From contig NW_026262701.1 of the NCBI RefSeq assembly GCF_021869535.1, forward strand, positions 37,634,001 to 37,698,000: a DNA stretch of 64,000 nucleotides, in the 5' to 3' direction. This stretch comes from Mytilus californianus. Its lineage: Eukaryota. This document shows, piece after piece, positions 1 through 11,985 of the stretch; within the stretch, counting starts at the first letter, position 1; each line of letters starts with the position of its first letter. A program made the position numbers and the translations under genes. The notes under the pieces were generated by a model. That model searched no databases. It saw only the letters and a program-made list of their open reading frames with translations, and was not told where the DNA came from.

Positions 1-704
1 ATGCGTAAACCGCAATTTGAAATGCAAATTAATACACACATTATATGCGTTGACAAAAAAATTGGTTTTTGATGCAATAGATAAAAAGTCGTACAGAAAT
101 TTTAAATGTAAATTTCTTAACCAAATATGGCATGTGAATTAAAGTAACATTTGTTCTCAACTTGAGTTATGTACACACCAGTTTTTTTTTATTTTGAATA
201 GAGATAAGTATTCCATTCATATGTTATATATCTTCCCTGTGATTTTGTGAATGAGTTTACGGTTTATGCACTCTTTGTGATATTTTGCGTGTAGACGCAC
301 AGAGATTTTAATAATAACCTAAAATGTTTATTCCCATAAATTATATGTAATAGGTGCAAGTCAAATTTTATACTTCAAAGGGTTCAGTCAACAAGAATTA
401 TCCTTGTATTACTTACAAGGTTGTATATACATAAAATATAATGAACGGTTGGAGCTTTTCATGTTGTTCAGAAAGTGTAAAGAATCGCCGCCTTTGTAAA
501 TATGCATTACTAAGTAGGTCAAAGTGAACTATCAAAAATGAATGTTATTAAGGGCTACGGCTGTAGAAGTCATTTACTGGCGATTATCATAAGTCCTCTT
601 TAAGCAAAAAATAGAATTTGACCAATTAATTTGCTTTAATCAAGAGTTCATTACTCCCAAAAAGAAGACACGTTCGTTTTTGTTCAGTTTTTGGATAGTT
701 ATAA

Positions 705-1007
705 GGGAGCTACCATTTGATTTTCATGGGGGGGGGGGGGCTAGGATGAAAAATTTTGTCTTGCCTTTTTATTTTTCCCTCTATTCGGTCCTGCCTTTTT
801 ATTTTTCACTCTATTCGGTCCTGCCTTTTTTTTTTTTAGTTTATCCTGACTTTTTTTTTTACATAAATTGTCATCCTGCCTTTTTTTTTTGCAAATAATC
901 TCATCCTGCCTTTTTTTTACTCAAAACTCCTGTCCTGCCTATTTTTTTCAAATTTCATCCTAGCCCCCCCCCCCCCCCCCCCCCATAAAAATCAAATGGT
1001 AGCTCCC
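705..1007. mobile_element. Non-autonomous TIR element (MITE), PIF/Harbinger-like
   Basis: Left end GGGAGCTACCATTTGATTTTCATG(G)nCTAGGATGAAA is the reverse complement of the right end TTTCATCCTAG(C)nATAAAAATCAAATGGTAGCTCCC (one mismatch). TAA flanks both sides (702-704, 1008-1010). The interior is degenerate TCCTGCC(T)n repeats. A TAA/TTA TSD is typical of PIF/Harbinger. Confidence 0.8.
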
Positions 1008-1679
1008 TAACAAAACTATAACGGACAGATAAATCATACAAATACTGTTATAAGTGGTCCTGTACATTCCGGCTATTCGTATTTTTTTACTGAGCAACAC
1101 AAAAAATTTGCATGATGTGAGTTTTCAATGTTAAAAAATGACTTTATTTTTGCATTTTTATCCATTTTCTCCCTTTGATGTTTAACCTGGACCAAAATTT
1201 CAGAAAACATGGGATCATAGAAAAACTTTGATAATGAGTGTCTCGAATGTAGAATAAAAGCTAGAATTATCGTTTTACTTTTTACGGAGATTTTGGAGGC
1301 TTGTGAATTCTAAATGGGCAAAATAAATCCTTTGGAAACCACTTGCTGTAGTTTGGAACCAAGTATCGGCAAAATAATTGTATTATAGTTTTCTGTCGGA
1401 ACTTTGATGTAAGACCCCCTTGTCCTGACCAACTTTGACAGTTAGTAACCATAAAAAAAGTTGTCAATTCATTTCGCAGAAACTATCAAAGATCTGCCAT
1501 AAACACCAAATTCTCCAAATAACAAAAACCCTCAATATATGATACCGACAACCACTGACGAGGTTCCTGACTTGGTACAGACACATGCATATGTAAAAAT
1601 AAGGAGATGTGGTAACCGTATGAATGCCGAGGATATAACTATCCACCAGACTTCAAATGATGTGGATATATATAGATTC

Positions 1680-2040
1680 CATCATTGCAACAAGTGTGTT
1701 ACGATATTTCACCACTCGAGACAGTTAAATTTTAATATTTAAAGCGCGAGGCTTGCGAGAAATATCGTAAATACACGAGTTATAGTGGTGGAATCTGTTT
1801 CTCTAATGATTTTTATCCTTCCTTTTCAAAGATTTGCAGAACGTTGTGTTCTTTATATGTGACGTCATCAGGCATGGTCCCCTCTTTCCATGACGTCACA
1901 ATCGGGAATTCAGAAGAAACCAAGAAAATTTAACGTCATAACTAAATTTTGACCAATCATTTGCCAAGAACAGATATTTCACTAGTGAGAACATTTTTTT
2001 CACAATCGGTTGGGAAATGTAAAAATAGTGACAAAGTTAG
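1680..2040. mobile_element. Degraded palindromic non-autonomous element (similar layout to 59895-60316)
   Basis: TTACGATATTTC (~1699) and GAAATATCGTAA (~1759) are inverted around a GC-rich centre GCGCGAGGCTTGCGAG. Boundaries are approximate. Confidence 0.4.
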
Positions 2041-2314
2041 AGAAATAAGCAATTATATGTCTCCGTATGGCCTTCAACAAGGAGAAAATGTGACCGGATT
2101 TAAGTAGAAATGAATAGGTCTCGTTCCTCTCCTTTTTAATCTCGCTCAGATGAACAAAGAAAAGGTAGTCGCATACAATAGGACATTAAATATCAGTACA
2201 AGAACATCACTTTTGAACTCTCAAAATAAGATAACAAAAACACAATTACAAAGAAAAACTCTACGAAACTGCATCGTATAGATTAACCAGCTCATGTGAA
2301 ATCATGTCGTCCTT

Positions 2315-2703
2315 CAATCTGATACGCTGTAATCGGTATCACAGGCGCCTGGGGCATTGTCATACAATCTGATACGCTGTAATCGGTATCAAAGGCGCTT
2401 GGGGCATCGTCATACAATCTGATACGCTGTAATCGGTATCACAGGCGCTTGGGGCATCGTCATACAATCTGATACGCTGTAATCGGTATCACAGGCGCTT
2501 GGGGCATCGTCATACAATCTGATTCACTGTAATCGGTATCACAGGCGCTTGGGGCATCGTCATACAATCTGATACGCTGTAATCGGTATCACAGGCGCTT
2601 GGGGCATCGTCATACAATCTGATACGCTGAAATCGGTATCACAGGCGCTTAGGGCATCGTCCTACAATCCGATACGCTGTAATCGGTATCACAGGCGCTT
2701 GGG
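2315..2703. repeat. 50-bp tandem minisatellite, about 8 copies
   Basis: AATCGGTATC recurs at 2331, 2381, ... 2681, an exact 50-bp period. Unit ACAATCTGATACGCTGTAATCGGTATCACAGGCGCTTGGGGCATCGTCAT. Confidence 0.95.
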
Positions 2704-4132
2704 ACATGGACCCCCATTTTTGGTGTTTAATTTTATTTTGTAAATATTCTTAAATGTATTAACTTATTTTCACTTATTTAATCTGTTCTTGCTCTTATCT
2801 ATACGATGTTATAATACCAATTGAATATTGTGTAGATGCATCCCTATATTCTTATTTTCCACAGACCCAGTTTAACTTGTATGACACACATACAACCACG
2901 AAGAGGATTTTTTACTTTCACTAAAACGTATTGCAGGATTAAACAAGTTATGTTTATTTTAGTCAGAGAAAAATAGAATAATAGGCGCAATTTCCTACTT
3001 TATCCATTTCAGAATCGCAATTACCTTGACTATGCGTCTATTTGGTTTTTTTCTGTGTCGGTTGACTGCTGTCTCATTAAGAATAGCTAACATCTCTTTT
3101 TTTAAATTCATTTGAGATATGCTATTCTTGGTTATGACTATTGACATAAGGATAAGATTTTGGATATGGAATCGCAGAACCAGTACAAAGTTAACGTTCA
3201 GTATAAGTTAGTACAGAAAAAGACAATAGAACTAATTTTTGATTATCTAATTCTTAGCCAACAAGGGGCACTACAGTTGTACAAATAGAGAAACAAATGC
3301 AAACAATACAACATTTATACACATATCATTGTTATATATTGCAATAATACTTGGAGTAAGTTAGTGACTGTTAAAATGCTAACATCATCGGATCAGATTA
3401 AGTCAGTATATAAAGGTTAAGTGAAAAATTATCTGAGGTGAGAAATATAGCCAAGCAAAGTGAAATAAATCTGTGCTGGTGTGAACAGGCATTATGTTTC
3501 TAGTTCATTTGAGCCCTGGGTGAATTAATCATTCTGATATGATACTTGTATAGGAAAATGAACCAGACCACATTTTAATTGAAAGTTTCAATATTTGAAA
3601 AACAACCTGAACTATAATAATAGCTTTTTGAAGTTTTGTTTGGTGTATATCTATCATATACATTGTCTGTTTTGCGGCCTAGTTTGTTGTAACACATGAT
3701 TGAACGATTGCATTGTAATCTCATATGGCATCTTTTATTAAAGGTGTGGTTCTGTCTAATATTTTTCAATTTGTAAGTCTGTTTTAGTAATTCTATCAGA
3801 CATTTTCACCAAAAAATTACACGGCGATTAAAGATAAAACGGACGTCATTGTACGTATAACAATGAGACCTGCCAGGTTATTTGTCGTCTCTTGGTTCAT
3901 TTAATACGCCGTGCATTCATATTGTATATTTAAAATCGACTTGTGACATTTTTAGCTTGGCAGATGAATTGGGTCTTGGGACATCAGATTTAAATATTGT
4001 AAAGAAAATTCTTTCAAACCTGTTCGTGGTTGTTACTGTAAGAGATTGTGGTTAAAATATGTACTAGTGTAATGACATTGTGATCTTTTCGGAATACAGA
4101 CATTTCACACTCACACACACACATCGAGATCT

Positions 4133-4298
4133 CATAGGCGGATCCAGGGGAGGGGGCCCTGGGGGGCCCGGGCCCCCCTTTTGTGGGAAAAATTTGTTTG
4201 ATTATATAGGGAATCACTGAAGCATGACTGGAGCGGGCCCCCACTTAGGTCAGTCAGTGCCCCCCTCCCCCTTACAAAAAGTTCTCGATCCGCCACTG
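4133..4298. mobile_element. Short GC-rich TIR element (CAGTGGCGGATC-type ends)
   Basis: Left CATAGGCGGATCCAG and right CTCGATCCGCCACTG are imperfect inverted ends. GATCT lies immediately on both sides. The GC-rich interior contrasts with the AT-rich flanks. Confidence 0.7.
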
Positions 4299-5040
4299 GA
4301 TCTGCGGAAATTTCTATGCTTCTTACTGTTTCGAAAGTGAAAGAGCGAGAGAGAACATGCAATTAATTATTTTAGTTCACTTTTTAATTCGACTTTATAA
4401 TAGTTTACTCAACACATTAACATCTGTTTATAGTTTCGTTTACATGTAAAGCTTTAGTACATTTTCATTTGCATGCAATCTAATTAAAATATCGATCAAT
4501 CGTGACTCATATGAGTATAACGAAATCATGCTGAGATATATATTTTAATTAGATTGGTTTGCATGCACAAAGTCGTCGCGGAAAAAGGAACATGGAAATA
4601 TGTATTGAAGTTGATGTGACGTAAAACCACGAAAACTTTCAAGAATGCACGTTACCATAATTCATAAGCGACGTAAGCTATTCAATATTTAATTGGAGGC
4701 ACGTGCAATTTAACGAAAGTACATCAATAAAGCTATTTTTGTAGATTGCTTTGTTTACTGTAATTAATTGCGAGCCTCGTTAAACATAGTTTTTACACCT
4801 TGTCGAAAATGATCATGTAATTTCCAATTTATATTAAAACTTGTATTTACAGGTAATTTATTCATTTTGTTTGTACAAACAGGATATGGTTTTGTAATTG
4901 TTGCCAAAACCGAGATTTTACATTTTCAAGTTTGTGTTTATTCATCATTTAGCCCGTCATCACCAATATTTCCTCGGTATGTCTAACTTCTTTGTTTCTC
5001 ACTTTTAACATCCAGTATGTAAAGGAGACTTTACCAATAG

Positions 5041-5220
5041 AGCAATCAACTTAAACCATAAGTCTAAGAAAGACAGACAAACCAATGAACAAAAGAAAAA
5101 AAAAAAATGACGAATAGATAAAAACAGATCATAACACACTATACAGAAAACTACACATTTTTCAACGCGAATTTCACCTAAAACGGGAGATGAATTCGGG
5201 TTTTCCAGAATGGTAGGCAG
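5041..5220 (-). mobile_element. Degraded dispersed repeat, related in reverse orientation to 50092-50325
   Basis: ACAACACTATACAGAAAACTA...CAACGCGAATTTCACCTAAAACGGGAG...TCCAGAATGGTAGGCAG resembles the reverse complement of the CTGCTAACCCTCCCGGAACACC...TAGTTTTCTATGTTG block at 50.1 kb. Confidence 0.4.
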
Positions 5221-5369
5221 TTCGAATTCCCTTTATGGAATCGACCAGTCATGCATGTACTAGTATGAGCAACTATATTTATCCCATCTTTTTCTTCAGT
5301 ATAAAAATTGTAATCAGTATGTGACGTCAATAGATTGTTTAACTCTGTCGCTTTGTATAAATTACAGTT

Positions 5370-5830
5370 ATACATTCCGTCTGGCATTTGTCCAATGTCC
5401 TTGACCTCATTTTCCTAGTTAAGAGACTGCTTAAAATCGTATAGGTTTTTCATCATGTGATTTCGCTTATAAGGAGCAATAGGATAACTATTTGTATAAG
5501 GATCAATGCAAGGTCTACATGTCCGTCAGACAGGATTCACCTGACCCTTGTCCTCATTTCATGGATTAGTGATCATATTTATGTTTTCACGGTCAAATGC
5601 GTTTCCTAGATAGTATCAGGATAGGTCAACCATGTTTGGTGTATGGGATAAATGTCAGGTGTATATGTCTGTCTAGCAGAGTTCAACTGACATGACTTCG
5701 TTTTCATGGTTCATTGATCAACGTTAAGTTTTCGTGATTAGGTTCGTTTCTCTGATACTATAGCCAATATGGCAACTGCAATGGTGTATGCAATTATTGT
5801 ATGGTCTGTCTGGTAAGGTGCATCTTAACC
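5370..5830. mobile_element. Remnant of a Helentron/HINE-like element with internal degenerate repeats
   Basis: Recurrent (TTGA)CCTCATTT(T)CATGG-type and CAAGGTCTACATGTC/GGTGTATATGTCTGTC motifs at roughly 130-150 bp spacing. Family assignment is from recall of bivalve repeats. Confidence 0.4.
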
Positions 5831-6670
5831 TAAAGACTTTAGACATAAAATGCAATCATTATCAGTAAAGCAGACAAGACATTTCAACGTGAACACTCTT
5901 ATTTAAATAAATTTGATATTTATGAAATAGAAAATACTTTGAGATCATTGTATTGTTTGATAATGTCGAAGTTTATTAGACGAACATAATTAATTTTCAT
6001 AATAAATCTTGCCTTTTTTTCTTAAGCTTGACATCTTACATAACTCATAAGGAGAGAAATGACACCTAACATTTAACCGAATTAATTATAGACGTTATAA
6101 ACAATTATATGATAATATATGCATGTATACTATATAAAAATCCCGATGGATGTATACTTCAAAATATATACTGACATGCAGATTGTTGTTTTTTCCTTTT
6201 TAAATCAAAAGTTAAAGTTAAAAGCTTCCTCTCATAGCTTGAAGTGCACCTAGGTATTTTCCCCTTTGATCTGTATACTAAAAACATGTATATCCTTCAA
6301 GGGGACAATCCCACGCTTGGAAGGTCAAAGGGGCTGCTGTTTTTAAGCATCTTATCTGATGGACTAAAAGTACATTAACACGTTTCTCAAATGAATAATA
6401 ATAAAAATAGGGTGACTTGATTATGTGTATTTGGGTAAATAACCAACACATTAATTATAAAATTTATCAGAATATAGATAATATCAAATGGATGATCATA
6501 TGTATAGAGAAAATGAAAATTGGCAAGACTCAGTATTCTCTGAAAAATGTAACATGTTTAATATGAATTAATCTTCTATGAATGCTTTGATTTAATTAAT
6601 GTTCCTTGCGAAGAAAACCAGCTTCCAAACAAATAGGAATTAACGCATAACATCTTATAATTTTACTTAC

Positions 6671-6710
6671 CTGAAGATAGGAATACATAGACAAATATTA
6701 ACATCCGCAT
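6671..6710 (-). CDS. Candidate signal-peptide exon (MRMLIFVYVFLSS, phase 1) of an unidentified gene
   Basis: Minus strand reads AAAC-ATG, 13 mostly hydrophobic codons, then a perfect CAG|GTAAGT donor. No downstream exon can be assigned with confidence. Confidence 0.3.
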
Positions 6711-7289
6711 GTTTGTATTATTTTTTGTAATGAAAACTTCACATGGCAAAAATTTGTTATAGAACCAGCTGTCAGAAATTAAAGTAAAAGTCTACATTCA
6801 CAAGGAATAAAGATATAAAAGTTGCAAAAGTATTAATAAATCCCTACAGGTGTAGACAGTTTTAACCGTATGCACTGTATTGTGTATATACCTGTATCAC
6901 GTGGTATAAATCATTTTACGAGTTAAAAAAATAACCATTAAACTTTTGAAGTTTTCAAGTATGAATTCTTGCATTTAAAATGTTATAAAGTATAACCCAC
7001 ATAATTTAAACAAGAAACCGACTGTATAGGTAAAAAATGATTTGATCTTTGTAACAATAAATTGCCTTGTATTAACAATATGAAATAGTTGTTAAAAAAT
7101 TCTCATTAAGTGGATGGAATTTCATTTCATTTCACAGTTATTTCATTTAATTTCAGTTTTATTGACGGAATTGTAGTAATAAAATAATAAAGTTCATATA
7201 TATTTCTTGATAATTCAAGGTAGATAGTTAAAATGAAATATTTTTGAATCGAGTGTTTATATTGGATAGATGTATATTCTATCTAAAAT

Positions 7290-7563
7290 AAAAGAAGAAT
7301 ATGTCAGAGGATACGAATGCTCCCGCTCAAGCGTTGCAATTTTCCAAGTTAAAAAGGGCATCACTCTAAAACAGTGAAAGACTCACTACCCATGCAAATT
7401 CGAACCCTGTCTGCGTGTTGTAGTTCTTATAACATTGTGTATGAGTTTCATAAAATTTGGGTGTGAAAAAACTAAAAGTTAAAGTGCGGAAGCAAAAATG
7501 GGACTGACGGTCGAAAAGACGGACAGACGGAAGGACGACCAAGGCCTACCGCGGGGGCATAAA
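7290..7563 (+). mobile_element. HINE/Helentron-like non-autonomous element, degraded
   Basis: Starts AAGAAGAATATGTCAGAGGATACGAATGCTCCC, carries an ACGG/ACAG microsatellite (GGACAGACGGAAGGACG) and ends with a GC-rich CCGCGGGGGCATAA. This is the layout of CvA/Pearl/DTC84-type bivalve elements. Confidence 0.5.
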
Positions 7564-8884
7564 CATCAAAGAAGGAAAAATGAATTACAAGCAGTTTTGA
7601 CCAAATTATATTTATTTTCAGAGAGATACATATCCTTGTTTATTAATATGATTGGAGCCAAGAAATTTAGTTTCTAAATATTACAATGATTTTTACGAAC
7701 AATATTTTTTGCTGTCTCATTAAGGTATTCCTCCATTTCTTTGTATTCAACAAAAATCATATCAAGAATGATATTGTGAAAATTTTGTATTCAGACATGT
7801 AACTGTACCGTTTCAAGATGAATGGAAATATGACTATACATAATGCATGTGTCCCTATCATGTTTCTGTAGTATGCATTGGCCGCTATCATGTTTCTGTG
7901 GTATGCATTGGCCACATTGATGTATCTGCAATGTGTTTAACTTATTTAATGGGTAATAGTATCAACTGATGTATATAAGCGACTTACATTTGAAGATTGG
8001 AGCAACTAATATATATCTCAACGTCTATTGAAGAGTTTAAAGAAGAAAATATACACTAAACTGTAACATGTGTAATACAAAATGTATATGTCTTACGCAG
8101 GTTGATTAACAATCATACGAACAAACAAACAAAGAGAACTGTTTGTCGATTTTTTAAGCACGTATTTCGATATTAGTCTGTTTAAGACTAATTGGTATAG
8201 TAAAAGTATCACAAGTATTAACTGTTTGAAATGAAATCGTTTGTCAAATGGATAAAATTTCATTCAGTCAAACAATTATGTCTTTATGTGGCATTTTTAT
8301 TGTTGGGACTGGGGCGGAGATTTTTCTTTTATAGTTTTTACCATAAAAACCCTTGATTGGGATAATAAAAAAAGTTATATTGGTAAAGATTTTATTAACA
8401 AATTAAGATACACGTAAAGCATCTTAAAACTTTATATGACAGTCTACAATTTACAAGTTGGGCAATATATTTAACTTCTCAGAAATGCAATAGCGCCTTG
8501 ATGTATTGAGTAATTCTTTAAAATGTGCAATGCTCCCTTCAATCAAGGTCAGATCCTACCCTATGGCCACTCACCATGGTTACCTGTTATAGCATATAAG
8601 AAAGACCCAATCAAAGTTGTAAAACATATTATATACTCAACATAAAAGATAAGTTTACACATTGTGAAAAACCTGCAATTAACAATAAATATTGGTCAGA
8701 CTGAATCAGGTTTACATATGATAGTGGATGCTCTCTTTTTATTCTGGCGCTTTATCTTTGGTTTAGGTGTTTTGAAAATGGCTAAGTGGTGTCAACAAAT
8801 CCAGGGAAATTTGGTTCTATCGCTGTATGTTATTTGAGTAATAACAAAATGATATTCTGGATACAGTAGTATTAAGGAATCATT

Positions 8885-9290
8885 TAATTATACCGTGGGA
8901 CTATAATTATGTCTTCGACGAAGAGAAACATTATGTTTTAGTAGTGTTTCTTCGTCTGGTTCATACAACCTTGTTTTGACCTTAGCTATTATTATCTTGA
9001 GATACGGCTTATGATATTTGGCATGAAGTTGTATTACCATAAGACGGTGTGTAAATATCAAAATGACCTTCATGTGACCTTGACCTTTCACATCATGGTC
9101 GAAATACTTTTTTTTTTACATTTTCGTGTCCGGAATACTACTTTTTTTATCCTTAGCCGTAGGTTTTTGATATTTGGCAGATCTATGCAGATCGATGCAG
9201 TACCCCCAAGATGTGTTGCGCGTAGCATGGAAGGTGAACACGACCTCCGATCTTCAAGGTCAAATATGATCGTTATTAAGGGAAGACATT
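8885..9290 (-). mobile_element. HINE/Helentron-like remnant
   Basis: Contains GATATTTGGCATGAAGTTGTATTACCAT and GTGACCTTGACCTTT blocks repeated in degenerate form (AAGGTGAACACGACCT...AAGGTCAAAT). Confidence 0.4.
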
Positions 9291-9389
9291 AGTTTTATTC
9301 GATAATAACAGTTCCAGTATACAAGCAGTGTATCGTGTTAAAACGATAGTTAGTATTTTAGGGACTAGGAATTGTAATCAACATTATGA

Positions 9390-10213
9390 TAAGATAGATA
9401 AGATAAGATATTTTATTTCCAATTATGGGCCCCAAAGGGCATAAACATTACAACATCAATAATTTTTCATAATACAATACAAACAATGATATAAAAAAAA
9501 AGTTTAACGAGAACTATTTAAGTTCTTAAAGTATACGTAGATAAAGAATCTATAGTATGTTTTTTTTAATACTAATGCATTTTATTGCAAGTGTGGTTGA
9601 TATAGATAACAAACAAGCAGCCCAAAAAGAAAAAAGAAAAATAGATATCCATATATGTATAGTACACAAAAAGTTGGATCAATTAAACATATAATAATGA
9701 GCCAAAAAGAAAGTAGAAATTAAGCATGTCCATGACTCATCCTGTGTCAGCAGCAAATAGGAAAGTATTATGGTTTCCTAAAGGCAGCTGACACCAGGGG
9801 GCGATACCTTATGTGCCATAGGCATGTAAAATGTGTGTAAATGTCTCTTTCCTACCTGTATCAAAAGCAAACAAGGAAGCATCATAGGTAACTTGAATGC
9901 AGTTGATACCAGGGGACGATGCCTCAAGGATATAAGAGAACGTTTGAATAAATAATATATTCTAACAATTAATTTCTATTTTTTTTAATCGGCTAGTATG
10001 TTTGTGATATTCAGATGAATATAATTTTCTATGTCCAATCAAATGTATATACACACATAGATTTCCTTTAACTTATCTTCACTAAGGAAGATGTTTGTAT
10101 ATAAAATTACATATTATTTTAAGTAACTCAACATTTTCTACACTAAATAACCAGATAATTTTGCTTTGACTGCTCATATGATTGAAATAAGAATTATATT
10201 TTGCAATACTAGC
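9390..10213 (-). mobile_element. Retroposon-type insertion with AATAAA plus (CTTAT)n tail, splitting an older degenerate repeat
   Basis: The minus strand ends GGAAATAAAATATCTTATCTTAT(A)TCTTATCTTAT. The flanks continue one degenerate repeat: GGAATTGTAATCAACATTATG at 9369-9389, and TTATGTAACAACAGTG / GGAATTGTAATTGACATTATGTAACAGCAGTG after 10213. Confidence 0.5.
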
Positions 10214-11409
10214 TTATGTAACAACAGTGCATCATGTTAGAATTTTAGAGAATTGTAATGGGCAGAATATAACAACAAAGTAGCATGTATTAGGGAATTG
10301 TAATTGACATTATGTAACAGCAGTGTATCATTTTAATAGGAAGCTTTAGAATGTTAGAGAACTGTAAAGGGCAGAATGTTATAGCAGGCAGTGTATCTCG
10401 TTGATTCAAATGATTCAGATAAAAAAAACTTCCGATTTTTTTTCCAAAGAGGATCTCGGATCTAAGATCGATTCATTTATCTTTTATCCGTTGTCACTTA
10501 TTATTAACTCCATCGAGTATGACACGTTAGGATTAAAAAAATGCTTGCATCTCATCTAAGGAAAATAACGGAGCACAACTGCTTTCCAGAGAATTTCATG
10601 TAATTCTATATTTGGCTATATTCTTGTTTTGAAAATTAGTGTTTGACATCACAAACGTTTTCATTATGATAAGGACATACTTGTCCTGATTTGTTTCTGA
10701 TAAATAGTATACAATTTTATGTCGGGCATTTTGACACCAAAATAATTCTACAGCAAAATGGTTTGAAGTAAAACAAAATAAATATATGTGTTCAATGAAT
10801 TGCTAGACGAGTAGAGCACTGATTTTGTCATAAGATAAAATAAACAGTATACGTGCCATCTTGACAGATCCGACCACCACTGTTTAGTGACCATTGTTAA
10901 GTTATCAGATTGTACGTCTACAAAATGTAGGTTTAAATGTTTTGCTATCAAATTTAATTTTATGAATGAAATTTGACCTTGGTTAATCCATCCATGACTT
11001 ACGACCTAGCCTTTATCGACATCCATTGTAAATCATTTCTAATTTTTCAGAACTACGAAAGGCTATACTGTTCAAGACATCAGAAAAACGAATCTTAAGT
11101 GTTGAAATAAGCCCATTAATCAGTACAAATAGTTATGTTTTTGAAGGTAAACATGTTATTAAGTGGACATTTGATATAAGGGAACATACTGAAATCTTTG
11201 TAAAACTTCAATTTGCTGTGAAGTTCACTTTGAAATGGTTGTTCATACAAAATTGTTTAAATATTTGTCTGTTGTCCCTTTTTTTGTTATATAGTTGATT
11301 GAAATGTTTAAATTATAATTTCAAATGATTCAAATACGCCTTTTTTTTACAAATTTCTTTGATATTAAAATACAAAGGTGTATGAAGAATATTGAAAATG
11401 AATTCAACT

Positions 11410-11985
11410 ATACTAGCCGCGGTATAGAAATTTTGCTATATTTGACCTCAATGGAGGGCATCAATTTGCTTCTTATGATGTAAAATGCACAATTTTGTAT
11501 CACGTCCGATGGAATTTGGGAACTTTCTAACTTTAGTTTGCCTCAACCAAATGTTATGAAACTTATACACAATGCTTATTACTACATAATACAGATTAAG
11601 TACGAAATTTGGTGGCGACAATTTTACCATTCTTGAGTTATGTCCCTTTATAAACATAAAAATTGCTGAATTTTTCGTTTCCGTTCTCTAACTTTAGTTT
11701 GTCTCAACCAAATGTTATAAAACTTATACACAACCTATCTAGAGTTATGCGTGTTTACAAATAGAAAAATTGCTGATTTTTTAGTTCCTGTTCTCTACTT
11801 AAGTTAGTCTCAACCAAATGTTATGAGACTTACACACAATGCTTATTACCACAAAACTCAGATCAAGTTCAAATTTGGGAAGCGTCACTTTTACCGTTCC
11901 TCAGTTATGTCCCTTTATAACCATATGATATACAAGCGGGGGCATCATCTGTGTCCACATGTGGACACTATCCACATTTATTTAC
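11410..11985 (-). mobile_element. HINE/Helentron-like element with three internal core repeats
   Basis: CTAACTTTAGTTTG(C/T)CTCAACCAAATGTTAT(G/A)AAACTTATACACAA recurs near 11528, 11688 and 11797. Ends AGCGGGGGCATCATCTGTGTCC. Confidence 0.65.

Noticed and set aside
481-660. Second candidate mirror-composition segment (also 58621-58800)
   Set aside because: Hand counts gave TA about equal to AT (18:18 and 16:18), so there is no skew.
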